Origin: a virus
Taxonomy: Duplodnaviria; Heunggongvirae; Uroviricota; Caudoviricetes
Reading direction: 5' to 3' (one strand)
Virus record (IMG/VR): IMGVR_UViG_3300032007_000003
Location: 96,001 to 160,000 of that record
DNA: 64,000 bases
The stretch's first letter is position 1, and each line of letters starts with the position of its first letter. The notes beneath the pieces are model-generated. The model did not search any database, was not told where the DNA came from, and saw nothing but the letters and a program-made list of their open reading frames with translations. Position numbers and translations under genes: made by a program. Below are positions 1 to 9,569 of this stretch, piece after piece.

Positions 1-513
1 GTTATCTCAAAAGACCAAAGCGATATTAAAAGAATTGTTAAACCATTCTATTGGAAGTATCCATTCTTTAAGTGGGTTTCATTTAAAGAACTCAGAAATT
101 TGTCAAAAGAAGAATTTGCAAAGGAACTTAGAGAGGGTGCAATCACAATTGTTGTTGATGAATCAGCAAGTTTCATGTACTCAGCTATTGAGGCTATGAA
201 GAGTGGTAGTATTACAATGGTTAAAGTTCCTACCACAACTGTAGATTGGGCTAATGGTGAGGAACTTCCAAATTGTTGTGTATGGTTCAATGATTATGAC
301 ACATTGCATAAGCAGATTGCAGGCGTTGTACGTTCTTGGATTACTGATAAAGTACCAACTGTTCTTGCTGAAGAAGCTAAGAAGGTATATGAGGAATTTA
401 CAGAGGATAATACCAAGGCTGATATATTGGCATATGTAACAGATATCCTTGATAAGAGAAAGAAGGAAATGGAAGAGTTAATCACTCAAATTAAAGCCAA
501 GGAGGAAGAATAA
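1..513 (+). CDS. Putative GT-B glycosyltransferase, C-terminal part (5' truncated by window edge)
   Basis: Frame is open from base 1. 'LSKEEFAKELRE...VDESASFMYSAIEAMKSG' resembles the GT4 'E.F....EAM..G' nucleotide-sugar motif. Confidence 0.55.
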   Translation, partial: VISKDQSDIKRIVKPFYWKYPFFKWVSFKELRNLSKEEFAKELREGAITIVVDESASFMYSAIEAMKSGSITMVKVPTTTVDWANGEELPNCCVWFNDYDTLHKQIAGVVRSWITDKVPTVLAEEAKKVYEEFTEDNTKADILAYVTDILDKRKKEMEELITQIKAKEEE

Positions 514-514
514 T

Positions 515-1099
515 ATGAAAGAGTTTTTAGAAAGTAATTTGGTCGGACATATCGATATTGATAAATCGATATGTGTACACAACTATAAAGATTTCAAAAA
601 AACTGAAAAGGGACAAAAAATGATTGAGAAATACCTCGATAGGTGGGGTAAGTTAGGCTTTATTGAGGGACTTAAAGGTGAGATTAGAGAAAGATGCGCT
701 GTTGGTATGGAGCAGTTAGCTGTCTATCTAATATTTGAGGCTGTTGAAAAAGAATTAACTGGACCTTTTGAGACTATCGGTTTCCCAATGATACGTAGAA
801 TATGTTGTGGTTATGAAGCAAAATTGGATAATCTTGATTTATTTAATTTTGAAAAATTCATTAAGTATTGTAAGGAATTGGACATAGCTGAGTTAACTAA
901 TGAAGTTAATAATATTGTTAGTTGGACTCCAATTGATGCGGAAGCAGAAGCTTGTGATTTAGGCTGTGAAATGATAATAAATAGATTCAATGGCGATAAC
1001 AGAAGTTTCGATGAAATTAAAGAAGAATATATTAATAAACTAAAGGAAAAAATTAAGGAAAGATATGAAAGAGATAGGAATAATCATACCGATGCATGA
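515..1099 (+). CDS. Short paralogue of T4-gp23-type major capsid protein (N-terminal segment plus DAEAE helix)
   Basis: 'FLESNLVGHI', 'RWGKLGFIEGLKGEIRE', 'GPFETIGFPMIRRI' and 'IDAEAEACDL' recall gp23-like capsid motifs; only 194 aa. Confidence 0.55.
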   Translation: MKEFLESNLVGHIDIDKSICVHNYKDFKKTEKGQKMIEKYLDRWGKLGFIEGLKGEIRERCAVGMEQLAVYLIFEAVEKELTGPFETIGFPMIRRICCGYEAKLDNLDLFNFEKFIKYCKELDIAELTNEVNNIVSWTPIDAEAEACDLGCEMIINRFNGDNRSFDEIKEEYINKLKEKIKERYERDRNNHTDA

Positions 1100-1868
1100 G
1101 TTCGGTAAAGAGAATATAGAGCTTGTTAACAAGGCAATTGAATCAGTGCCAGAGGGTATGTCAATCTGTCTTTCAGTACCAAAGGGTACTACACCAGCAA
1201 AGGTAAAGGGTCTTTCAGATAGAGCAGCATTAGTACCATCAGTTGAAGAAGGTAGTACATTTGCTGAGTTGGTTGAAAATGGCGTTAAGGCTTTTGCAAA
1301 TAACCCAGATGTTAAGTGGTTTTCAATCCTTGAGTTTGATGATACTTATACACCAATTTGGCTTACAAATGCTAAGAAATATATGGACTTTATGCCAGAT
1401 ACAAGTGTGTTTATGTTCCTTGAGGATATTACAGATTTCAATAATGGAAAATATATTGGTTTCGGTAATGCAGAAGCTTGGGCTTCAAGTTTTTCTAATC
1501 AAATAGGTTACATTGACAATGACTGTCTTCAGAATTATTTTGATTTTTATTTAACTGGCTCTATTTTTAATATTAAGGATTGGCAAGAAGTTGGTGGTCT
1601 TAAACCACAAATTAAACTAACTTTTTGGTATGAATGGCTACTTAGATTAACAAATAAAGGAAAAACTGTTTTTGTTATACCAAAGGTAGGATATAATCAT
1701 AATCTTAATAGGAGTGGTTCGCTTGTTAATCTTTATCGAGATTCAATGTCTAAAGAAGAAATCGAATGGAATTTTGATTTAGCCAAACGTGAATATTTTT
1801 ATCATCCAAACATTAACAGAGACCAATCTAAATTTGAATATAAATCTGATGAAGAGGATAACAACTGA
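1065..1868 (+). CDS. GT-A/GT2-family glycosyltransferase
   Basis: 'IGIIIPMH' N-terminus, 'FSILEFDD' DxD-like motif, 'WQEVGGL'. Confidence 0.75.
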   Translation: MKEIGIIIPMHEFGKENIELVNKAIESVPEGMSICLSVPKGTTPAKVKGLSDRAALVPSVEEGSTFAELVENGVKAFANNPDVKWFSILEFDDTYTPIWLTNAKKYMDFMPDTSVFMFLEDITDFNNGKYIGFGNAEAWASSFSNQIGYIDNDCLQNYFDFYLTGSIFNIKDWQEVGGLKPQIKLTFWYEWLLRLTNKGKTVFVIPKVGYNHNLNRSGSLVNLYRDSMSKEEIEWNFDLAKREYFYHPNINRDQSKFEYKSDEEDNN

Positions 1869-2817
1869 AGAATTTAAAGAAAGAGCGTTTTTAGTTCATA
1901 AAGGCAGATATGTTTATAATAAAACAGATTTGGAACATCGAGATAGTAAGGGAAAAGTAGTTATTACTTGTCCCTTACACGGTGATTTCCATCAAACACC
2001 TAAAAATCATCTTCATGGTCAAGGTTGTCCATTATGTAATCATAGGTCTATTAAATACACTGTAGACGAAATTAAAGATAAAATATTTAATAAGTATGGA
2101 AATAAATATGATGTTTCTTTAATTAAAGAGTATAAAGGTAACACTCAGAAATTGCCGTTAATATGTAAAGAACATGGCTATTTCGAAGCAACATGGAACG
2201 ATTTAGACCACAATCATGGATGTCAAATTTGTGGAAAGATAAGAAATCATGAATTACTTAGAAAAACTAAAGAAAAATTTGTTAATCAATCCATAGTAAT
2301 TCACGGAAACAAATACGATTATTTTTTATCAAATTATATTAATGCTCATACAGATATTTTAATCAAATGTAAAAAATGTGGCTTAATCTTTCCAATGCCT
2401 CCACATGAGCATCTTAAAGGTAAAGGATGTCCTAGATGTAATGAAAGTCATTTAGAAAATGAGGTTAGATTATATCTAGATAGCCATAAAATTAAACACA
2501 TAGATAGGTGTGATAGAAAATATTTTAATTGGTTAAATAGACAACATCTAGATTTTTATCTTCCAGATTATAATATTGCAATTGAATACCAAGGAGAACA
2601 ACATTTTAAAATTGTAGACTTTTTTGGTGGAGAAAATGGCTATAAATACAGATTTATGCTAGATAAAAGAAAGAAAAAACTTTGTGAAGAACATGATATA
2701 AAAATAATTTATTTTACACACGAAAATTATGATTCATTTTTGAATGAAAAAACAATAAAAGAAGCAGAAAAACTATTAAAAGAAATAAATCATAATGGCA
2801 TTAATTGTGATGGTTAA
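1849..2817 (+). mobile_element. Free-standing homing endonuclease (repeated CPxHG/GCPxC zinc-ribbon units plus C-terminal PD-(D/E)XK/Vsr-like nuclease)
   Basis: Three zinc-ribbon units, then 'LDFYLPDYNIAIEYQGEQH'. ATG at 1849 overlaps the upstream gene end. Confidence 0.8.
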
Positions 2818-2830
2818 TGCCATTTTTTTT
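2794..2830 (+). terminator. Intrinsic terminator
   Basis: AATGGCATTAA-loop-TTAATGCCATT followed by a T-run. Confidence 0.75.
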
Positions 2831-2985
2831 TACATGTCATCAAAACGGCAACACGAAGATTTCCTCAATTGAGAAAATGTGAAAGAAAGTGTGTTGAAAT
2901 TGCACAGATTTGCCTTTGACTTGATATTTAGTATTAAAATAATATACTAACAAGGGATATTCCCCATATATAAATATCTAAAGAA

Positions 2986-3759
2986 ATGTCAGAAATTTGT
3001 GTAACTGAAGAAAAAGTTAAGAAAAAGAGAGGTAGAAAGCCATCCAAAGAAAGAAAAGGATATTTCTACGAAGAACAAGAGCAAGCTGTTGTAGATTACA
3101 TTTCAACTGATGATGAAAGGGAAAAGAATAAAATCTTCAACACAACGTTAAAGCCAGCATTCACAAAAATGATAGAATCAATTATAAGAAGATATAGTCT
3201 GTACCCACCAGATGAAGAATTCCAACAAACTTTTGATGATACAATGTCTTTTCTTATGACTAAACTATCATGTTTTGACCCTTCAACAAATTATAAAGCA
3301 TATTCATATTGCGGTACAATTTGTAAAAACTATTTAATATATAAAATTAATCAATTTGCAAAGAATCAGAAACGTAATGAGTCATATGATAGTCCAAATG
3401 ATTCAAATCAAGGTGATATTAATGACAATATAAGATTCTCTTATGACGAAACAGACCCTAGAAGGACTTTTCTATCTGAATTGACTGGTAACACAGTTGA
3501 GAATATTAAACGTATTCTAGAGGACAAGGATAAGCTTAGATTGAATGAAAATGAGATTAAGGTGGGAATGACTCTTATTAATCTTATGACAAATTGGGAT
3601 GAGATTTTTGCACAGATGGGTAGTAATAAATTCAATAAAAGTTCCATATTATTGTTTTTGAAGGAAACCACAATGTTGAATACAAAGGAGATAAGAGATG
3701 CACTTAAGGTATATAAGAAAAGATATTATGAAGTTAAGTGGAAACTTATCAATGAATAA
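2986..3759 (+). CDS. Late-transcription sigma factor, T4 gp55-like
   Basis: Basic N-terminus then 'GYFYEEQEQAVVDY' and 'FDPSTNYKAYSYCGTICKNYLI', resembling the gp55 region-2 'FDP...NPFAYFTQI' pattern. Confidence 0.6.
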   Translation: MSEICVTEEKVKKKRGRKPSKERKGYFYEEQEQAVVDYISTDDEREKNKIFNTTLKPAFTKMIESIIRRYSLYPPDEEFQQTFDDTMSFLMTKLSCFDPSTNYKAYSYCGTICKNYLIYKINQFAKNQKRNESYDSPNDSNQGDINDNIRFSYDETDPRRTFLSELTGNTVENIKRILEDKDKLRLNENEIKVGMTLINLMTNWDEIFAQMGSNKFNKSSILLFLKETTMLNTKEIRDALKVYKKRYYEVKWKLINE

Positions 3760-3788
3760 TATAAAACTTAATATTTATTACAAAAACA

Positions 3789-4187
3789 ATGGCTAAGTTT
3801 AAGATTGAATTAAATGACATACAGAATATTCGTGACCTTTTGCAAGAGACGTATAGGTTAGCTGATGAGCAGATAGTTCAAGCTCAGAACGAGATAAACA
3901 AATTGTCAGTATCCACGCAACTTGAACAAGAACCTATGGATGCTAAAAGTAAATATGCAAAGGCAATTAATGACTATCTAGGTATGAAAGATAAAGCGAT
4001 ATCAAAGAAGTTGGATATTGCAAAGATTTTGACTGATGTATATCATCATAATGGTGATGTCAAGGGTGCTATCGAAAATGGAGAAAATATCAAGAATATG
4101 GACTTCAATTTTGATGATATTAAGAAGATGATTGACAATAACATGCAAGAAGAAAAAACTAAGACAATTGAACTTAACAAGAAATAA
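3789..4187 (+). CDS. Hypothetical coiled-coil protein (late operon)
   Basis: ORF preceded by ATATTTATT at 3771-3779. Confidence 0.6.
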   Translation: MAKFKIELNDIQNIRDLLQETYRLADEQIVQAQNEINKLSVSTQLEQEPMDAKSKYAKAINDYLGMKDKAISKKLDIAKILTDVYHHNGDVKGAIENGENIKNMDFNFDDIKKMIDNNMQEEKTKTIELNKK

Positions 4188-6343
4188 TGGCTAACATCAA
4201 GGATAAACAGCAAGAAGCAATGGCAACCATTGATACTGCGAAAGCAATGGTTGATAAGGTGATTGCAATAATGAACATTATGCTTGCATCACCTAGTATT
4301 TCTTTGACATTTGCAACAAATCCAATAGGGTATATCTTGCAATTGTTAAAGCACCTAGGTGTTACTTATGAAGAACTTAGGGAGTATCTTGCTAATTTCT
4401 TGATATATATATTACCAGTATTGGAGGTATCGGTTAAAACTATATTACTTACCAATCTTAAGAATATGGTTTCTTGTTCTGTTGACCCTAGAATACCAGA
4501 GAAATATAGGGAAAACCTTAATGTTGGATGTGGCAGTGGACAAATTGAAGGTTATGGTATTAATGTTAGTATTGAATCTATTGATTTCCTAAATAAATTG
4601 TCTGAGAATCCATTGAGCGATTTTGGAAAGGAAATGTATTTTGGTCTTGATGGCATTGATGATGTGTATAAGTTTGCAAGGGCAGAGGACTTTGATGCAT
4701 TTTTGTGGTTTGTAATGCATAAGGGTAAATTCCCAAGTTCATCAAACTTTAGTTCTATATCTGGTACAATACATGGAATTGGTGGAGAAACAATACCAAA
4801 CCCATCAATATTAGATGCAGTTCAAGTTGACTTTAATTCCGATAGTCCTTCTTCAATAATGTTGGGTAATACTTTTATGTATCCAGATTATCAACATTCT
4901 ATAGTCTCAATGTGTATTGATAGAAAATACGATAGTGAGAATAAAATAATTTCAAATATATTAGTTCCAACATCATCAAACATATGTAGTGTAAACTGGT
5001 ATGTAAGACGTGCAGATTATTTAAAAAAGAATCTTGGTTTTGGGGAAAAGAGATTTGAGTCTAGGGATTTTTCTAAAGAAATCGCATTATGTAATTTACA
5101 ATATTTTGATACGGCATCTAGTAATATTTACCCTTCAAACGGATTGGTTAATAATATCGTTAGATTGACTATAAAGCCAAAACCTTTTATTCATATTCCG
5201 AAAGTTGATGAAGGCGAAAAACCTTGGGGGTTTGTACCTTTATTGTTTGATAGTCAAGGAAATTATGACATAAATGGAAAGTATACTGTTGTATTTGACA
5301 CGCAATCAAGACCATCATATAGTGGTGATTATGCAACATATACTACTGGTACTACTGACATTAAAATCAACATAAGAAGTGGAAATGTTAGTATTACTGA
5401 TAAAAACGAACTCAAGAAACATTTAGTAGAGTGTTATAAGGGATTGACTGTTTATGAATTTAATTATGATTTTGTAATGGGTATGAAATTGTTCGATGCC
5501 AAAGTCATGGCTACAACATTATTGGATACCCTTGTAAATACTAGATTAGGATTAAACGCATCTCTTGGTAAAAAGCATCAAGATGCCACAGATAAGATTA
5601 AGGAAATCATAAAGAACATTATAAACTCTGATGATTCTTCGGTTGAGGATTGTTATTTCTCATTCGATAATGAAAAATATAATCAATTGTTAAGGTCTAG
5701 CGAAGAAAAGAGAGCCAAAGACTATGCATTTGGCTCAAATGCAAGTTCTGATGGACTTGATAAAGTTTATGAGATTCTAGATGAATATGACTCTGCATCA
5801 TCTTTAGAGGAACGAATAGACATTATTAACCGTGCAATCACGCAAGCATCTATAGCAGTTGCAAGTGGTGCTGAAGAAGAAGACAAATATAGTATAGAAT
5901 TTGGATTTGTATTTGATTTAATTGAGAACCTTGTATTTGCAATTATTAATGCGATTTTATCACCAAAGGTATTATTACTGTTAGAGGTTAATAGACAAAT
6001 CATGGGTGGTAATTGGAAAGTATTTACAATCGAGGATTTGTTAAAGGCAATGCAAGGAATAATAATATCTATTATAAAAGAAGTTCGTGACCTTGTTATA
6101 CAAGAACTTTTAAAACTTGTTCTAAAGTATTTACAACCACTTAAGGAAATGATAGAGTCAATATTACTCAGAGAACAAATTGAAGAATACACTTCTGCAA
6201 TCAATAGTATTATCAAAAATTGTCCTATGGTTTGGTTTAATTTTGGCTATCAGCCAAAAGAAGTTAAACTTGATACTGTTGATTATGCTGATATTGATAT
6301 TAATGAAATAATAAATGCTGAAAAGCCTAATGAAAATTGTTAA
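4187..6343 (+). CDS. Large hypothetical protein, probably virion/baseplate
   Basis: 718-aa ORF coupled within the operon leading to the gp5-like gene. Confidence 0.5.
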   Translation: MANIKDKQQEAMATIDTAKAMVDKVIAIMNIMLASPSISLTFATNPIGYILQLLKHLGVTYEELREYLANFLIYILPVLEVSVKTILLTNLKNMVSCSVDPRIPEKYRENLNVGCGSGQIEGYGINVSIESIDFLNKLSENPLSDFGKEMYFGLDGIDDVYKFARAEDFDAFLWFVMHKGKFPSSSNFSSISGTIHGIGGETIPNPSILDAVQVDFNSDSPSSIMLGNTFMYPDYQHSIVSMCIDRKYDSENKIISNILVPTSSNICSVNWYVRRADYLKKNLGFGEKRFESRDFSKEIALCNLQYFDTASSNIYPSNGLVNNIVRLTIKPKPFIHIPKVDEGEKPWGFVPLLFDSQGNYDINGKYTVVFDTQSRPSYSGDYATYTTGTTDIKINIRSGNVSITDKNELKKHLVECYKGLTVYEFNYDFVMGMKLFDAKVMATTLLDTLVNTRLGLNASLGKKHQDATDKIKEIIKNIINSDDSSVEDCYFSFDNEKYNQLLRSSEEKRAKDYAFGSNASSDGLDKVYEILDEYDSASSLEERIDIINRAITQASIAVASGAEEEDKYSIEFGFVFDLIENLVFAIINAILSPKVLLLLEVNRQIMGGNWKVFTIEDLLKAMQGIIISIIKEVRDLVIQELLKLVLKYLQPLKEMIESILLREQIEEYTSAINSIIKNCPMVWFNFGYQPKEVKLDTVDYADIDINEIINAEKPNENC

Positions 6344-6348
6344 ATATT

Positions 6349-6705
6349 ATGGGTATAGAACAAATTTGTAACACTATTACTAATTTCTTTAATGATGTTA
6401 GACCACCATTCCCACAGATTAATAGAATCTTATTGGTGTGTTCAATGATACGTAGACCTGGACTTTCTACCATCTATTCAGTATCAAATATCGTTAAGGA
6501 TTTAAATAGACTTGGTATACCTACTGGACCGATGCCAGATGGTAGCTCAAATCTAACTGTTGGAGCATTTTTTGCTTCAACAAAGGAAATATATAGGGGT
6601 CTTAAAAATGATGTGTCAATACAAGTTGGAACAACTCCTGGAACGATGCAAGCAACACCAGCTGGTAATGCTACTCCAGGAATGGCATTTGGAGCACTAT
6701 TTTAA
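6349..6705 (+). CDS. Hypothetical protein (baseplate operon)
   Basis: ORF; ATG at 6349 preferred over the TTG start. Confidence 0.55.
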   Translation: MGIEQICNTITNFFNDVRPPFPQINRILLVCSMIRRPGLSTIYSVSNIVKDLNRLGIPTGPMPDGSSNLTVGAFFASTKEIYRGLKNDVSIQVGTTPGTMQATPAGNATPGMAFGALF

Positions 6706-6708
6706 TTT

Positions 6709-6900
6709 ATGAAGAAAAAAGTAGATTTCACGAAATTAAGTAACGCAGAAATTAACATTAAGATTATGGGTTACGAGAACGAATACAATGTAAAAAAAGA
6801 TAAAATCATTGCATTGGTTCAAGAATTAACAGAGCTTGATGAATTGTACATCAAGGCAAATGAAGAGTTACAAAAAAGAGGCGCATTAAAGGATGGCTAA
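6709..6900 (+). CDS. Small coiled-coil hypothetical protein
   Basis: ORF overlapping the next start. Confidence 0.55.
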   Translation: MKKKVDFTKLSNAEINIKIMGYENEYNVKKDKIIALVQELTELDELYIKANEELQKRGALKDG

Positions 6901-7807
6901 TATAATTGTAAAAGTCGGAAAGGTTAGAGAGGTCGAGAATGTCTATTCAAAGAATGGCAGTGATGGCATGCGTGTTAGAGCAGAATTGACAGAAGATAAA
7001 CCAAGGAAATTAGAAGATATTCCTTGGGCATTCCCTTTATTGCCTAAAGTTTTCCATGTATTACCAAAAGTAGGTGAAGCGGTTTTGGTTGTTTGTGAGG
7101 ATAGTAACAACAATAAATCCCAAAGATACTATATTGGACCAGTTATTGCTCAACCTCAATACATGACTTATGACAAGAAGGAGGATGCTACTTCCACTTT
7201 TAAGAATTTCGAATTTAACCCTATCGAGAAAATATCTAACTTTGACATGGCTAGAGGTGCTTTCCCAAACAATGAAGATGTATCTGTTGTTGGTAGAGGT
7301 TCTGAAGATGTTACGCTAAAATATAATGAATCCACAAAGAAGAGTGAGGTTGATATTCGTGCAGGAATTCGTACAGAGCCATCAATGGCTAGAGAAAATG
7401 ATTTGATAGGAAATATCATGTTTAATAATATAGACCCAGCTTATATACAGTTGAAATATAAGAGTGGACTTGCAAAGAACCAAAACCATCAAGTATCTAG
7501 CATGATTAATATGGTAGCTGACAATATTAACCTTATCAGCAATAGGGATAATAACGTTTGTGATAATGTACACGATAAGGATGCTTTGATTAAGGATGAA
7601 GATTCTGATATTGTAATGGATAGATTACATCAAGTACCAAAGGGCGATAAACTTGTCGAACTCCTTACAATTATGAAAGGCGCAATTATGAATCATGTAC
7701 ACCCTTGGGCTGGTATGGAACAATGTGGTGATTGGCCAGGTTACATTAAACAACTTGAAGGTTATGACATTAATTCAATCCTCTCAGAATACGTTAGAAT
7801 ATCTTAA
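6893..7807 (+). CDS. Baseplate central spike protein, gp5/VgrG-like
   Basis: N-terminal OB-fold pattern 'GMRVRA..IPWAFPLLP...LPKVGEAVLV...RYYIG'; C-terminal 'NHVHP' HxH spike-tip motif. Confidence 0.65.
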   Translation: MANIIVKVGKVREVENVYSKNGSDGMRVRAELTEDKPRKLEDIPWAFPLLPKVFHVLPKVGEAVLVVCEDSNNNKSQRYYIGPVIAQPQYMTYDKKEDATSTFKNFEFNPIEKISNFDMARGAFPNNEDVSVVGRGSEDVTLKYNESTKKSEVDIRAGIRTEPSMARENDLIGNIMFNNIDPAYIQLKYKSGLAKNQNHQVSSMINMVADNINLISNRDNNVCDNVHDKDALIKDEDSDIVMDRLHQVPKGDKLVELLTIMKGAIMNHVHPWAGMEQCGDWPGYIKQLEGYDINSILSEYVRIS

Positions 7808-7810
7808 ATT

Positions 7811-8293
7811 ATGTTTAAAGCAAGTTCGAATTACGGAAGTCCAAATTTAGGCAAAAATGTTGAAATAATAGGAGGGGCTAATTTCGGTTCAGAACCTTAT
7901 CTGATTAAAATTGGTGACAATACAACCATTTCATTTGATTGCGCATTTGTGACACATGATGCAGCAACTAGAGTGATTAGAAATCTTCCAGATGGGGATA
8001 AGGAAACTGTTATATATGCCCCAATAGTTGTTGGCAAGAATTGTTTTATAGGGTGTAGAACGGTTATACTTCCAGGTGTAACGATAGGCGACAATTGTAT
8101 AATCGGTGCTGGAAGCATTGTTAACCGTGACATACCTTCTAATACAGTTGCAGCTGGCACACCATGCAAGCCAATTTGTACTTTAGAGGCATATAGAAAT
8201 AAACATAAAGATGATTTTATGTATATTGTATCAAAGCCTTTTAATGAAAAGAAACAGATTTTATTAGATAAATTTAAAGCGAGACTCAATTAA
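7811..8293 (+). CDS. Hexapeptide-repeat (LbH) sugar O-acyltransferase
   Basis: 'IKIGDNTTIS', 'THD', 'VGKNCFIGCRTVILPGVTIGDNCIIGAGSIV..DIP....AGTP'. Confidence 0.9.
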   Translation: MFKASSNYGSPNLGKNVEIIGGANFGSEPYLIKIGDNTTISFDCAFVTHDAATRVIRNLPDGDKETVIYAPIVVGKNCFIGCRTVILPGVTIGDNCIIGAGSIVNRDIPSNTVAAGTPCKPICTLEAYRNKHKDDFMYIVSKPFNEKKQILLDKFKARLN

Positions 8294-8306
8294 GAATCTC
8301 GCTTTT
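8276..8306. terminator. Bidirectional terminator between convergent genes
   Basis: AAAGCGAGACTC-AATTAA-GAATCTCGCTTT. Confidence 0.75.
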
Positions 8307-8313
8307 ATTGTTT

Positions 8314-9507
8314 TTATTCAATTTCTAATGGTGATTGTAATCCCAAATTCATATCTGGGTTTATTTCCACTGAATCATTACCCATTTCATCGTTAATGAA
8401 TTCTTCAATGACTTCTTTAATAATTGATTTTGTATTCATTTTATTTTCTGTAATAGTTTTAAAGTTAGCTTTATTGTCCATTAATTTAGTTATAGTTTCA
8501 TAACTCATGTTAGGGAATCTTTGTTTAAGTTTATTTCTCAGTTCAACATATGATGAACACTCTGTCTCAAACATTCCATTACTTGTTTTAATTGAAAATA
8601 TTAATTTTGGCTGTGTTGGAGTTTGCTGAGGTGGAATTTGTTGTACTGCTGGTCTTCTAATACCCAATGTTTCCCCACTAACCTCTGGTAACATACTCTT
8701 CAACTCACCAAGCCAAGGTTTATCTTCAAGACTCCAATATCTCCATGTTCTCATATTTTTTCTGTATCCCTTGGAGAATAAATACTCTATAATTTCAGCA
8801 TCGTTTGTTGTAACAACATTATCACCTCTTTCTTTCTCACTAGTTGAAATCATGTTTACTAGCGATTGATTGGAGGTTATGGTAAGTTTTACTTTTCCTT
8901 CTTTTGTAAATACGAAAATAGCCGTTACCGATGACTTCTTATTTGCTAACCTTTTGGCTCTCTTGGCTTTCATTGCGTCATTTAACTCCATTTCAGTCAT
9001 CTGTTCAGCACTTGCAAGTCTCTGTATGGTGAACATTCCATTTGAACGCTGTGAAACAATATATCCAATTTCTTTAAATTCTCTTCCGTGTCCTTGTTTT
9101 GGGGCGTAGCCATACATGTAGGTATAATAGTGGCACATTTCATGTACCAATGTAGCCAAGAAAGAGTGTTCAGTACCGCTATAGTTGCCGTTCAGTTCTA
9201 TTCTAGGCTGACATAAACCAACAAAGTTTTTTCTATCAATATCTATTTTTTCCCAACCATTGTTCTTATACATTTTGCGGCTGTATCTGTTTATATAGAT
9301 ACCACGCCCAGTTATCTTAAACCAACCAAGAGTACCACCTTCAGAACCACGACCTGTGGTGAATATAGCAAAACTACACTCACCCAACTCACCACCAAAT
9401 AATTCATCATTCATTTCAGCATATCTAGCTGTCATCCATTCTACGGTTGGTTTAAATGTTTTATCCATTTTATCGTTTAATCTTTGCGAAAATTCGTTCC
9501 AATCCAT
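8314..9507 (-). CDS. SprT-like zinc metalloprotease with C-terminal extensions
   Basis: 'YAEMNDELFGGEL', 'TLVHEMCH', 'HGREF'. Late motif at 9525-9534. Confidence 0.85.
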   Translation of the reverse strand: MDWNEFSQRLNDKMDKTFKPTVEWMTARYAEMNDELFGGELGECSFAIFTTGRGSEGGTLGWFKITGRGIYINRYSRKMYKNNGWEKIDIDRKNFVGLCQPRIELNGNYSGTEHSFLATLVHEMCHYYTYMYGYAPKQGHGREFKEIGYIVSQRSNGMFTIQRLASAEQMTEMELNDAMKAKRAKRLANKKSSVTAIFVFTKEGKVKLTITSNQSLVNMISTSEKERGDNVVTTNDAEIIEYLFSKGYRKNMRTWRYWSLEDKPWLGELKSMLPEVSGETLGIRRPAVQQIPPQQTPTQPKLIFSIKTSNGMFETECSSYVELRNKLKQRFPNMSYETITKLMDNKANFKTITENKMNTKSIIKEVIEEFINDEMGNDSVEINPDMNLGLQSPLEIE

Positions 9508-9569
9508 TGTAAAACAATATTTCCTATAAATATCAAAAGGGTAGGAAAACTCCTACCCTTTATCTATTA

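Noticed and set aside
1849-2817. Group I intron around the homing endonucleases
   Set aside because: The flanking genes appear intact rather than split, and there is no room for an intron core, so these are treated as free-standing.
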